A DNA stretch of 63,937 nucleotides. It comes from Vicugna vicugna. Taxonomy: Eukaryota. A program made the translations under genes and the position numbers. Location: the NCBI GenBank assembly GCA_013265495.1, contig MU058213.1, positions 6,712,066-6,776,002 of the forward strand. Reading direction: 5' to 3'. The notes below the pieces were generated by a model. That model was not told the DNA's origin. It ran no database searches and saw only the letters and a list, made by a program, of their open reading frames with translations. This document shows, in pieces, positions 49,561 through 62,448 of this stretch (within the stretch, counting starts at the first letter, position 1; each line of letters starts with the position of its first letter).

Positions 49561-50024
49561 ATTTTGCACAAAACCAATGGCTCTCTCTTAGATTTAATTG
49601 CATCTCTGAAGGAACCTGAAGTCTTTCTTTTGTTATTATAAATACCTTCTCCTAAGTCTGAAACCAAGGCAAGACAGAGAATCGAAAACTCAGTGATATT
49701 TAAATCAGCAAAATGGAGACCACACGCTCAGCTGTGTTCACATTTTGTTAAAACAATATGCTTTAAAAACCAATTAGTAGAGTGCATTATGTCTGTACAT
49801 AAATACTCTGTTACTCACACACCAGCATGAGAAGACTGTAAGAGAAACCACTCGATGAGGACCCATCAGTAGGAGCCATCACTGAAGTCAGACGATGCTC
49901 AGGCATCTCAAGCAATAGTGGGACAGGTGTCATCATCAAGGAACGTAATGATAGCTTGGCTTCCCTATCCCAACCTGAAGCATCCAATCTAGTTCTGACA
50001 GTTTCTATGTCCCTTTCAGTTTCG

Positions 50025-50277
50025 GCGCTTATTGTTCAAAGTGTGGTCCAAGAACCAGCAGCATTAGCATCACCTGGGAGCTTGATAGGCAAGAACTCAG
50101 GTCTCACGCTTATTCATTCGCCTGTATACACACATGCGCAGAAGCACACATCTCCCACTCCATGCCCCCTGCTCCCTCCCCAGTCGCCATCTGCACCCCC
50201 AACATGACACATCATAATCCTCCTTTCAGAATATCCTCATGTGATCCGAATGCACGTTAAAGTTTGACAGGCACTGC
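50025..50277. mobile_element. MER5A-like hAT MITE with low-complexity interruption
   Basis: 'tcaaagtgtggtcc...ccagcagcattagcatcacctgggagcttg' and 'gtgatccgaatgcacgttaaagtttgacaggcactg'. Confidence 0.8.
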
Positions 50278-50904
50278 TGTATATCACTCTAAAGTAAACA
50301 CCTTTTCTTCACTGTCCCCCATTTTACTGGTTCCACCAGAAAAAAGCACATAACCCAAGTGATTGTTTATCATATACAAAACACAGAAAGAGGACATCTT
50401 CCCCAAGGAGGAACAGACTGAATAGTATTAACAGTGCTTTAAACTGTAATGAATTCCCAGTCTAATTCACTATGAGGTTTCAATTCATACTGCACTTAGA
50501 GTACTCCAGGTTCAAGTAATCACCACCGTAATTAGCTCACTTCCAGTCCTCCAAAATAAACCCACTAATTTTTGCAATCAGCCTTCATTTGGTTAATCAC
50601 CAGTTTAATTGATTTAATTAGTTTGATCTGCAAAATTAGTCAAGTGTAAATACTGTTTTGTAAACAGAGTTTAGCTCCAAGCTGTAAGATAGGGAATTCT
50701 AATTCAAACATAGAGTTAATAACAAAACCCACACACACAGGATTTTGTCATGAGATAAGGCAGCTTTAAGTTTTCAAGACAGAGGCCCGTGGAGGTTCTG
50801 ATGAATGTTCTGGAAATGTGCTATTGTAATTACAGTATTGACTAAGCTGAGAGATTCCCCCCCAGCTCCTTCTCAACCAATTTTAACACCAAACAGTCAT
50901 TATG

Positions 50905-51085
50905 TTTTTTTTTTAAACTGAAGTATAGTCAGTCACAATGTGTCGATTTCTGGTGTACAGCACAATGTCCCAGTCATGCATATACATACATATATTCATT
51001 TTCATACTTTTTCATTAAAGATTACTACAAGACATTGAATACAGTTCCTTGTGTTATACAGAAGAAATTTGTTTTGTTTTGTTCT
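50905..51085 (-). mobile_element. 5'-truncated L1 3' UTR with TSD
   Basis: poly-T 'aaactgaagtatagtcagtcacaatgtgtcgatttctggtgtacagc'; TSD 'acagtcattatgtttt' 50893-50908 vs 'acagttactatgtttt' 51086-51101. Confidence 0.9.
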
Positions 51086-52057
51086 ACAGTTACTATGTTT
51101 TGAAGATGATTATAAAAGGAATTCTTTGTCATTTCTCCTTTTAAGTGAGCTGGCTCAAATAACCCTAATGTTGAGAACTGTCCAAATTTGAATTTCATGT
51201 TATTTTTAATATTTCAAGCCTTGCCCCCTAAAGGATATTTTAACCCTTTCCTGAAACAAATTTTAATGCTGTAATTGACTTTTTAAAGCAAACATGTCTA
51301 CATATGTTAATAATATGGAATTCTGAAGGTGTAGCATATCCTGAGAGATGCAAAATACTTTTTCACTTTTTACTAGATTTTTAAATACAATTTGACAAGA
51401 TAAAAATTCCCTTTAAATGTCCCCAAATGAATTCATCCTAAGTACTAAATTCAGTAGATTCCCTGTTGAATAAGACAGTCTTTCCATGTAAAATCTCTGC
51501 CTGGCATATTGTAAATGAGGGAAGAACTCAGTTGGAAGGTAATTGTTTGTACTCTGTATTTCCCCAGATTGCTTCTCATTACTGAGCTACTATTAATGTT
51601 ATCTCTTTGGAATTTTCTACACTCTTGCTTGATATATTTTTAAAATTTTAATTTTTGCTATTTGAACATTTTGGGATTCCATTAATTGTGCTACTAACTG
51701 AAATGTTTAACCTGGATTAAAAGCTATGTTGGGAGAGTGGAGTACAAATAATTTATCAAATTATTACAAACGCAAAAGACAACATTATGACTAAATACTC
51801 AGATTGGGGCACCTAGTTACAATTTTTACAATGTACTCAACGCTGAAACAGGAGGCTAGGAGAAGCGGAGTGGAAGCAGCCTGTGAATATATGCCCATTA
51901 ACTGCCATTAATATTAAAAAAAAATCTGTTTATGAGTTTGGAAAAGGGCGTTCGTTGTCTTTTGTTCTTCCAAACACAATGCTGAATTTATCTGTCAAGT
52001 ATGTATTTATCAGGTCTATAAGCCTTCCAGTTGCCTCAGCAATGCTTTCTTCTAGCT

Positions 52058-52371
52058 TGAGATTTTTCTGTAGTGAGTCAGACAGTAAATATTTTAGTCT
52101 CTGCATTTTATGAGGTCCCTGTCAGAACTACTCAGCTCTAGTCTTTCAGCTTGAAAGCAGTAAGACTCAATAAGGAAATGAATGGGTGTGGTTATAGACC
52201 AAAAAAACTTTTTATGGCTACCAAAATTTGGATTTCATGTAATTTTCACATGTCATGAAATATTCTACTTTTGATTTTTTTTTAAACCACTTAATATTAA
52301 AACCATGCTTAACTCACAGACTGCACAAAAACAAGTGGCAGCCAGATTCGGTCATGGTTTCCACATCCCTA
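52058..52371. mobile_element. hAT-Charlie MITE (MER58B-like)
   Basis: 'ttttctgtagtgagtcagacagtaaatattttag', 'aactactcagctct', 'tttcatgtaattttcacatgtcatgaaatatt', 'caaaaacaagtggcagccagatt'. Confidence 0.85.
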
Positions 52372-53149
52372 TTCTTATGATGGGATAGGCAGCTGAAAGT
52401 TGGTAGAGACGTTATTTCCAGCCATGGCACTTCAAAGTCCATTTCATAACCTGACATTTACAATTTCTTAGTAATTTCAAAATGATTGTTCCTTGCTTAC
52501 AGAAGTCACTTCATATACTAGGTCCAAAAGACACTGGGGCAACAAGGAATCAGACATGGGGGCTCAGCAGATGTTAAAGAGAAAAAGGACCAGAGACTTC
52601 CATACAAACATGAGATCCTAAATACCTTCTTAAAGAGTCTTTGGGGCAAAAACAAGACTACCCTTGCCCATTCCAGCTGGCTCTGATGTTCACTTACACC
52701 CTAGTGTCATTTTTCCTACTGAATATTATTCTAAATTATTTTTACTTTAACTTGATTTCACTTGAAGCAAAATATGGTTTGGGGGTGAGGGGACTGGTTG
52801 AAAAATCACAATGTAACTTGTGCATTCTTGTTCTTCTGCAGAATGGCTCTGAGTCCCCACATCTTTTCTGGAAGGTTTTGCATACATACAATGTGAGTAT
52901 TAGTGCTCACGTCTCACTATTCCTGACAAGATAGATGGAATCTTTACCAATGGGGCTTGATAACTATATTTCAATAAGTGCTTAATTTTCTGTCAATTCC
53001 CCATAGATAAAAGATGAGGAGCCTAAAATGTATTCCTCTCAAATTGTTTCATTAATATTGCTGGAGAATTTCAAAAGACAGAAAGAGCACTTTTTTTTTT
53101 TTAATTTTAATGAGTCTGATTTAACCTCTGTCACTTCAGCAGCCATGAA

Positions 53150-53345
53150 ACTTACTCGGAAATTCCGACTGCATCTTCGTGGGTGCATGACTCTGGGGGA
53201 GCTCATTCAATCTCTGTGAGCAGCAACATCTTTTCTGTAAAGTGGGTTCACAGCAAGCGTCTTGCTGACCTTGGGACATTGCATTGATGACCTTGGGGCA
53301 TTTCTCCAAGGGAAAGGTGCACTTAGAAATGCTTTGTAAAAAAAG
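53150..53345 (+). mobile_element. MIR SINE
   Basis: 'gcatgactctgggggagctcattcaatctctgtgagc...tctgtaaagtggg...aaatgctttgtaaa'. Confidence 0.6.
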
Positions 53346-55829
53346 ACAGTGATTCAACACGGTGGGGCTCCATTAACACACAGGTATTGAGCATCTTCTA
53401 AGCGCATGAGGCAGAAAGGAGAAAGTGAAGGTAAAAGACGCTAAGAGCTCAAGAGTAGTGTAAGCAAATACTGTTCCTCTTGGAACACCCAGCCTCCCTG
53501 CTGTGCAGCTGCCAGCAAAGTCTTGAAGAAGAAGACCAGCTAGGCAAAAGGAGGAAAGGAGCCTCCTAGGCAGTGAGAAGTACATTTGTTCTTCTATCAC
53601 TCCACATTTGATGACAACTTTTTTTTTTTAATGAAACCTTCCCGTTCTAGCTTGGCATACTGAATTTGTCTGAAACGTCCCCCCTATAGGATTTGTACAA
53701 TAAGCACCTACTCCTGACTTCTGGCTAGACTCAAGCAGAGGTGCCCAAAGAAAATAATAAATCAAACCCAGAGCCAACTGCTTTGAAAATCTCTTCTTAT
53801 TGTTTTACTAGGTACATTTAGACCTAGTAAGAAATGCAATTGTTACATCTTACTACAGCTTTCCTTGACTTTTTAGGTATAACCAAGTACCTGCAAAGCC
53901 TTCAAATTGTTTGTGTAGTATCTACATTTCCTAACAAGGAAAAGGATTTAAACTGTAGATTTTAAGCATCTCAGATATTTAAAAATTCTCAGGGTATTTG
54001 TGTGAAATTGGTACAGGATTCTGTGGGGAAAGGAAAAAACTGCCTCACAGATGAACTTGCCCACCTGGGAGTTCAAGTGCAAATAGCAGTCGGATTCCAG
54101 TCTTAACTTTTTTGCTGCAAGAAGTCCCCAAATTATATGTCAGAGTGTATCTAGGTTAATACATATATTTGGCCAAGCTACCCAGGGCCCTGCTCAATTC
54201 CCCAACGTTTTTCTAGTTGATCTACTTTTCAGATCTTGGGTGCTAATTTGTATCATTTGCAAAAACAACTGTGAAAGCTGTTTGGTGCTTGCAATGCAAT
54301 TACTACTAAAGAGGTTTTGGGGTATTCTCATTAAACCAAGTCCCAGATGTTTTTGCCCTCATGATCTGTGTTGATCTGTTCTTTGTCTGTTCTAATTATC
54401 AATCAAGATGAATGAATTAGTCATCCACTTGGTGAAAAGCCTATTTATGCATACGATCGGGACCCAAGCTCAAAGAGCCTTCAGAGATGTCTAACCTTGG
54501 ACTGGCCCGTTTCCTCTACTTGCACGCACAGACTGGTGCAACAGCATTGCTCTCTTTTTCTGTCTCATACATACGCTGGGGGTTTACACGTACTTTGTGG
54601 TATATGCGGATGTACACAAAAATATGGACACACACACACATACATATGTACATTTCTGGACTGACTACAGGTCTGTATGTAACCCCTTCCTCTTCTGGTG
54701 CAATATTTTTGATTTGAAGACTTTCATGTGAATACCATTTCCAGGGGGAAATCTCTAATTGCTGAGCTAGGGGAAAAACCGTGCCCTAGGAATGTGATTA
54801 CAATATTTTAGTATGTTTGCTTCCCTTGGAGTTGCCACCAGTCTGCTCTTAACAGGCATACGAACTACCCAGTGGGCACTATGTACACCTCACAGGAGAT
54901 TAGGACACCTTGTGAATATGCATTAAACCACGGCCCTCTACCTCTGCTGCCTGCTGCGTCCTGGCTGGCAGGCTGGCAAGGATTCTCAAAAACAATGTTT
55001 GCTGTATCAGACTGGCATGATGCCACAAGTGAAATATACGTCTTTTTAAAGTAGTTATTTCCAATGCTCTTGGGAACAAATTGGCCATCTAACAAAGATT
55101 CTTTGAACCAGGAATTCAGATGGCTTTGGATAGGCAAGATACATCTATCTAGAGGCAGAAGGAGGGGGAAATAGCGCCAAGCAGCAGGTATGGTAATTTG
55201 TTAGCAAATTCCAACGCTTCCATTCTTCAGTATATAACATACAAAGGGGAGAAGAGCCTTTATTTCTGCAGTCACAGAAGATGACATCACCTATCTTGTC
55301 TACAGGAAATGCAATTTAATAGTGTGTGTGTTGAAAAGGGAGAAAAATTAATTTGCTTCATCAAAGACGTATGATAAGCATTTTCACTGAGTTCATTTGA
55401 GTCTGTGTGTATATGCATTATAATATATAATGTTTATATATATATTAAAAGGATTGTTTTGTAAAAGGCCTATTTTCCAATTACGCAGGAGAGTTAACAA
55501 AAAAAGTGTCATTAATGTACATGGACATAAATTTTTAAAATCACTGTTTTTAACATTTGGAAGATAGCTCTGGGGAAATCTTGAAATCATACAAGCACGT
55601 CCTTGGCAGATTGGTTGGATATTAATTTGCCTTCAGGACTGAACAAATCAGGCTGCACTTTTGCATGCGGGTCGCTCACTAGTAAGTCCGTTTTTCAGTA
55701 CGTTAGACAACTTTAATTCTATTTTTTTTTTTTTTCAGATCAGCCGAGGAGTAAATCCTTTCCCTTGAATCAGCAAGAGCCTTTGTGATGGTCACACAAA
55801 AAAATTTCCTAATGTTCCTTTAAAAAGGC

Positions 55830-56460
55830 CAGGGAACTTTGGCAACGAGCATCAAAAGCCTTAAAGAGGTTTACATCCTTTGACTCAGTTATCCTCCTTC
55901 TGGGAACATATTGTAAAGAAACTAGCTAAATATCTAAAAGTGTTTATGGACAAACGTGCTGGTTATAGCATTGCTGTTAACAGGGAATACTGGAAATAGC
56001 TTCCTTTATTTTGACTCATTTAGGTTTAAGTGAACTACCATATATCCAATGGATTATAATTGGATATCTGTAAATATGTTAAATAAATTTATAAATACGT
56101 TAAATATATTTATAAACTTCAATTTGTAAATATATTTAAAAGTATAGATTTATATATTTTAATTATTGTACATAAAGTATAAATATATTATTAATGCATT
56201 ATTATATTTTATAATATATATTTATATTAAGTATATTTACAGATTTATATTAACAAGAGGAAATATGTATATTATAATGTTAAATTAAAATTGCATAAGT
56301 AATGCAATCTCTAGTGTATTAGAGGAAAAAGACTGGAAAAGCAGAGAACTGAAGTGTTAACAGTATTTCTCTCTAGGGGTGAAACCGTGGATGAATTGTC
56401 CCAATTCTTTGTACTTTTCTGTAGTTTTCAAATCATCTATACACAATGAGAGGTGATTAT
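55830..56460 (+). mobile_element. Ancient L1M (L1ME/MC-like) 3' part interrupted by AT-rich tract
   Basis: 'ctttggcaa...atcaaaagcctt...atcctttgactcagttatcctccttctggga', 'gaaaaagactggaaa...gtgttaacagt'. Confidence 0.7.
56065..56255. repeat. AT-rich low-complexity tract
   Basis: Almost exclusively A/T with repeated 'taaatatattta'-like units. Confidence 0.85.
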
Positions 56461-59199
56461 AACACAGAAATAATGTTTTGTTTTGTGATTAAACAGGCAA
56501 GGACACTTGCTGCTACTGTGGGAGGCAGTCAGCAGACATGGGAGAAGTACTGCTTTATTATTCGGTGACTAATATTAGTCACATGTCTTTCAGGGCTAGG
56601 GTGGGGTCTAAGAAATCACCCTTCCATTTCTAACTCTGAATTAATTTTCTGCATGGGGAGCATCAAACCTGAGTCAAAATCCTCGGAGAGGTACCCACAG
56701 GTACTCCTCTGAGCTGGGAACCTAAGGTCGTGCTTTGCCTGTCATTACAGAGCTCCAATAGCCTGTGGATGAGAAGAGTCCTTCACTGGGGACAAGTGGG
56801 CTGAATTGATGAAGTTAGGCCTTTGTAGCTCAGCAAACGAGCCGGAATCCCCCGGGGGTCACTCTGCAGTAGCAGGACATAAGACAGTGCCCATGGGGAA
56901 GAGACGGGCACAGAGCCGGCAGGGTCCTGGGGAGAGAGCTGGGGTGGGTGCTCGACTAGGAACTCAGCTTTTATCAAACCTGCAACTTGACCTGAGAAGT
57001 CGTACGGTCTTATGTTTCTTCATTTCTTTTGTCCATTTCCTTTTGGTTTTCTCTCAGCATCTGGTAACTGTCTTCAAGGCCAGCCTGTCCAGAGCTGTTG
57101 CCTGTGCTGTAACCAGAGGGTGTGTCCCTGCACTGAGCACAGTGGCAGAAACAGCAAACCACGTGAGCTTAGTCCCATCTGTCCTTTTGGGGGAAGCCAA
57201 TTAGCAGCTTTTACATCATCATCATTTGATTAAGGCCAAAAGAACCTTTTAAGATGGCTTTTAGGTTAGTTTTTAATTTATACTTTAAATTCCATGGCCA
57301 TATTTTGCTGGAAATAACAAATGTATTTCTAACTCAGTGTCCAAATATCAGCTCAAGCTTTGGTCAAGCCTGTAGAAGCACCTGTTTAACTCCTTGTTGG
57401 AAGCGTCCTGAAGGTAATGTCTGCGAGAGGACCAATCCTTGGTCCACCATGTCTAATGTGAGTTCCTTTAACAGCTCCAATTTGTTTAACCGTGGCCTCT
57501 TTTCGACTCTCTGCCTCACGCCCTCTTGTGGGCACTACCTTTATATCTCCTGGCTCCCAGGTTAATTACAATTAGCTCTTTCCAGCTTGCTGCTGGTCAC
57601 CTGATTGTTAGGGTAGCAATGGTGGGATCAAAGCTCAAAATACAGATCAAGCAACCCACTCTGACCAGCAGTCAAACCTCTCCCAGTCCCCTACTCAAAT
57701 AAAAAGGGACAGACTGAGGAAGAAAATACATTAAGACAATATAAAAAATGATGTGTATTGCAGGGAGGGTGATTTAAGTTTTTCAGAAACTTTTCTGAAC
57801 AAGACTGGCAATAATCAGGAAGAATTTTAATTTCATGTGATAAACAGTTTACAGCAAAAGCAAAATCTCTGCTGTTTCCATTCAGCAAATTTTACTTTTA
57901 GATTTTAAAATAGTAATCCAGAATTAAAATGGAAAGAAGGAATTTAAAAAACAGAGCTGTAACTCCACAGCTCACCAACTGCTACGTCTCCTCCAAACCA
58001 CAGCTCATCTTTAAGCCTTCACTTAGCGTTAATAAGAGGTGAGTCAATTTAGGAAGTGAAATGATCACAGTGGAAGCGTCTCAGAGCAACAGTGATCGCA
58101 GGACAATTAGTCTTCAATTTGTAATTGAGAGCAACTCTCACAGGACCAACTCACTGATGAATTTCAAATAAGCAGACTTCAAAACTAAGGAGAAAAATGG
58201 CCAATTATAAGCTAAGGGGGAAAGGAAGGTGGGAAAAGAAAAGAAGTTGAATCTCTAGGATTCAACTGGCCGGTCCCTAAAATCCGGCAGCACCAGGAGG
58301 ATGTGCAATCACCTACAGCCGACAGAGCAGGAATGGGGGAAAGGCCAGTCTAGGACTGACGGAATACACACTCCTGCCCCCCGATCATGGAACAGGCTCT
58401 GGTCTGAAAATGCACAAGGACCAGGTGTTACGGGTACCACTAGTCCAAAAAGCACTTAGGCTTAGGTTAAAGGTATATGGCAAGGATCAAAGAGAAAGAG
58501 GCTTCAGCTCGGCCCATCCTGGGCTTGAGCAGGCCCTCCAACTGCTATGGGATGGACCAGTGGAGAAATTAGCCTCTTGCAGCAGCCAATGCACTGCTAG
58601 GCTGTGGAAGCTCTGAAGTCTCCCAACCAGCAGCATCCAAAGGGAAGAGGCACAGGGTATGTGCAGACAGCCCTGGTTCCAGCTTCTGTCAGCTGCTCTG
58701 CCAGCAGCTGAGACAAGGGACCAACTTCCAGCTCCTCCCTCTAAGTGTCCACATTTTACGGGGTAGGGGAAGCTCCCCTCGTCCCTGACTCAATGGTAGA
58801 CAAGAGAGGGCTTTCCTGTTCTCCAGAACAAGCACAAGAACGAAGGTCTTACTGCTCCTTCTTCTGCCCTTCCCAGCTGGAGAGTTCTTCCAGTGGCTTC
58901 AGCCATGGGTGACCTTTTTAGGAAAAACCTGGCCATCACATCCACCCCTGAAGCGTCCACTAGTCAGAGAGGGTGCAGTGCATCCCCAGAAACCCCAGAA
59001 CAACACCCAGAACTCCAGAAACTGTGACCCTGAGGCAACCTCCTTCCTGCTTTTGGTAAATCCAGCTAAACAAACATCTGTCCTCCATCCTAGAATCTCG
59101 CTCTGCTCAGGGACACCCACTCCCCTACTGCTAGAGGAAAATACTTGTCCTCCCCTCGGGATCTGTGCAGGATTGTGCTTAGCTTTAGTGCCCCAGCCT

Positions 59200-59675
59200 G
59201 CCGTGGCTATTTTGCTTCTAGTTAATAGAGCTCCTGCTTCTTTGGGGATGAGGTTTAACCCCGCCCAGCCAGTGGTGAGCACGTGACTCAGTCCTGCCCC
59301 CTCGGGCACCCTGACTGTTTCAGGGATATGTCCACAATCCAAGCAGGGCCTGATTATCTCCATGAGGCTTTTTAATATGGATATTGGGAAAGAGAGGGGA
59401 TCTTTGTTGGGGTCATGAGATAAAAGCACTGGGTAAGCCAAGACTTTCTGGGAGCCATTTTTTTTCTCTCATGTGGAGGGGACTGAGGGTAAAATCAACC
59501 CAGAAGAATCAGACATGAGAAATGAAGACAGACCAAACCCTGACAACATCACTGAGGCTCAAGATCCACCCATGTCCGAAGCCAGTACACTCCTTGACTT
59601 CCCAGCTGCTCCAGCCAATGCACTGCCTTTTGGCTTAAGCTGCTTTGAGCTGAGTTTCTGTCACTTGTACCATTG
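59200..59675 (+). mobile_element. Old MaLR LTR (MLT1K/L-like)
   Basis: 'gcacgtgactcagtcctg', 'ccctgacaacatcactgag...gatccacccatgtccgaagcc', 'gcttaagctgctttgagctgagtttctgtcacttg'. Confidence 0.8.
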
Positions 59676-60047
59676 AGTTTAGGCTACAGCAAAGGGAGAT
59701 TGGGGTCCACACAGATTTGGTGTCAGGCCAGTTTGTATGTTATTTAACCCACTGGGTCATGTATTCCTACAGAAGTGCGTGGAAGTTGGAGAAGGGGATG
59801 ATGGAGGTCCTTAACTGAAAGTTTTTGTTCTATAACACAGGCTTAGGAAAAGTGGTTCTTCTGATAGGTGGTGTATTCCTTGAGAGCAGGAACCACATTT
59901 TTCTCTGGAATCTTAGTTATCTCAGAACTTAAGAGATGCTCAGACATTTGGCTGGGATGGTTTTACTTCTAATGGGAGAAGTAATGACGAAGCAATTAAC
60001 TACAATAAATTTAGTTATTTTTGCTGACTTTCCTTTATGTGAGGGTA

Positions 60048-60508
60048 ACCCAGAGTTTCGGGGTATGTCTTCTGAAAGCAAACCCCGTAACAAGGACTTG
60101 GGTGCAGGTAGTCTGTTTTGGAGGAGAGACAGCAAAGAGAAAAGAACCAACAAGGGGGTGTGTCCATGTGCTAGTGACAGTGGGGACCAGTGGGCTCAAT
60201 CCCACGGAGAAACCTCAGAGGAACCATGTGAGCATGCCTCACATGGGAGATGGGAGGCTGGGGCATTTATCCCCTGCCAGGTGACTGCCAGTGTTGGAGA
60301 GATGCCTTCCAGGGTACTAATCACCCAACCCCAAACACACACACACACATACACACACACACACACTTTGGGTTGCAGCTGTGTGTGGCAAGTTAGAGAA
60401 CACAGAGCAGAAACTCCACAGTGCCTATGATGGTATATGGAGCAGTCTGCCCTGGCTGTGCTGAGGGGTACAGGGTGGGGAGCAAGCATCAACTCTAGGT
60501 GGTCCATA
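60048..60508 (-). mobile_element. ERVL LTR (LTR33-like)
   Basis: 'aagcaaacccc...acaaggacttgggtgcaggtagtctgttttggagg', 'gggctcaatccc', 'gaggctggggcatttatcc'. Confidence 0.75.
60335..60366. repeat. (CA)n microsatellite
   Basis: 'acacacacacacacatacacacacacacacac'. Confidence 0.95.
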
Positions 60509-60709
60509 GTCGTAATAACTCTTGGAGTTCAGATACCCAGAACGTTATATGCATTACTGCTGGTATTCTTGGAATAAGACATTGGGGTATTTCATGGCCT
60601 TATAAAGGCCATGTGTAATGTCTTCCTGATTTGGTACAGACTTCATAATAAATCTTGAGGTGTGTCCACATGACCCTGTGTGAATGTGCCTTTTTTCAAT
60701 CGTTCAAAC

Positions 60710-60830
60710 CACACTGGACCACAAGTTTCATGAGGGCAGGAGCTGGGTCAGGTCTGGCTCACTGGTGTCATCACTTTGTAAAGCACAGCTCCTAGCATAT
60801 AGCACATGTTGACTAAATACTTGTTGAGCG
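60710..60830 (+). mobile_element. L2 3' end
   Basis: 'cactggaccacaagtttcatgagggcagga...cctagcatatag...taaatacttgttgag'. Confidence 0.75.
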
Positions 60831-61266
60831 TATTAAAAAAACACTCAAGTGTATTTTTAAACAATAAAAAATTTAAAGAAGATTTGCTTGGGAACTACAT
60901 ATTATTTCTGAGAGACTTTGGGTTAGCTGGTCCTTTATGCTACATCATTGCTTTGGGGCTGAATTTTAAGGCCTGAATTTTACGAACATGATTTATCATT
61001 TGAGTTAGACAGATCATTAGTACCATAGGATTCAGAAAAGAGAACAAGCTCCTAAGCAGCAGAAAAGTAGCACTGGGGTGGGCCCTGGACAAAAGCAATA
61101 GCGTAGACAAGTGGATGGAAACGTGGGAGCTTCCACAGGAAATTTGTCCATCAGAGATCTCACACAGTGGCAAGCCCCTCTTTTAAAAACCTGGAGCCCA
61201 CTGAGATGAAAATTTGGGAAAAATTGCTGAAAACTTGTTTCTCTACTTCCCATGTTTGTGCAAATC

Positions 61267-61833
61267 TTTTTTTTTTTTTTTGTATTGAAGTACAGTCAGT
61301 TTACAATATTGTGTCAATTTCTGGTGTACAGCATAATGCTTCAGTCATACATATACATATATACATTCATTTTCATTAAGGATTAAAAAGGATTTGCACA
61401 TCTTGAACTCCCAATTTATCCCTTCCCAACCCCTTTCCCCTCTGGTAACCATAAATTTGTTTCCTATATTGGTGAGTCTGTTCTTTGTTTTGAAAATAAG
61501 TTTGTGTCCTTTTTTTTTTTTTGATTTCACATGTAAGTGATATCATACAGTATTTTTCTTCTTCTTTCTGGCTTACTTTACTTAGTATAATGATCTCCAG
61601 GTCCATCCATGTTGCTGCAAATGGCATTATTTAATTCTTTTTTATGGTTGAGTAGTATTCCATTGTGTATGTGTATGTATTATGTATTATATATGTGTGT
61701 ACACATATATATATCACACCTTCTTTATCCAGTCATCTGTCAATGGACATTTAGGTTGCTTCCATGTCTTGGCTATTGTAAATAGTGCTGCTATGAACAT
61801 TGGGGTGGGAAGGGAAAGATTGGGAATTTGAGA
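61267..61833 (-). mobile_element. 5'-truncated L1 (ORF2 C-terminus + 3' UTR) with complex rearrangement
   Basis: poly-T tail; ORF 61376..61627(-) begins MPFAATWMDLEIIILSKVSQ (L1 ORF2 end); inverted repeat 61380-61433/61802-61854. Confidence 0.92.
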
Positions 61834-61880
61834 TGTACAAATCCTTTTTAATCCCAGAGAGAAGCAGCAAAGGAAGAAAA

Positions 61881-62385
61881 CATTCATTCATTCATTCATT
61901 CCATCAATGAATACTTGAGTCCTATTACATGCTAGGCATTATGCTTCTGAGAGTTAAGCAATGAGCAAAACAGACATAATCCCTATCCTCAGGGGACTTA
62001 TAGCCTGGTGGGGAGATTATGTGAATAAGTACATTATAATAAATTGTCATGGTGGCTGTGAATGCAATTGCAGGGCTCTATAAGAAAGTATAAGTGGAAA
62101 CTTCTGTTTGCATGGAGATTCAGGGAAGGTTTCTGAACGAGACACATTTGCAGTGAGATCTGAAACATCAGTAGGAACGATCTGGGCCACAGGAAAGGAG
62201 ATTAAAGTATCAGGGAGCAGCGTGTGCAAAGACACTATGGGGAGAAGGACTTGCCAAGTTCAGTGAACTAAAAGAAGGCCAGTGAGGCTGGAATAAAGTG
62301 AGTGAAAGAGTGAGGAAGATACAACCAAAGGAGAGGTGAGGGCCAGGAGAGTGAGTGGCCTTGGAGGCAATACTGAAGACTGGGG
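61881..62385 (-). mobile_element. L2 3' part
   Basis: (cattc/catt)n tail, 'tgagcaaaacagacataatccctatcctcagggg', 'cagcgtgtgcaaagac', 'aagaaggccagtgaggctgga'. Confidence 0.88.
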
Positions 62386-62448
62386 TTTTTTTTTTCTTTT
62401 TTTTTTTGGTCATTTTTTTTTTAATTGAAGTATAGTTGATTTACAATG
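62386..62448 (-). mobile_element. L1 poly(A) tail and terminal ~30 nt (antisense), fused to the sense ORF2 block that follows
   Basis: T-runs then 'aattgaagtatagttgatttacaatg'. Confidence 0.85.

Noticed and set aside
55715..55760. Poly-T plus CAG as a splice acceptor
   Set aside because: A T-homopolymer followed by CAG arises often, and no good donor follows.
56065..56255. AT-rich quasi-palindromic tract as an origin or MAR
   Set aside because: Lies inside an old L1 and is best explained as low-complexity expansion.
60593..60613. Perfect 9-bp hairpin catggcctt-ata-aaggccatg
   Set aside because: Too short for a pre-miRNA and plausible by chance in 64 kb. The same applies to the small stem at ~38907-38925.
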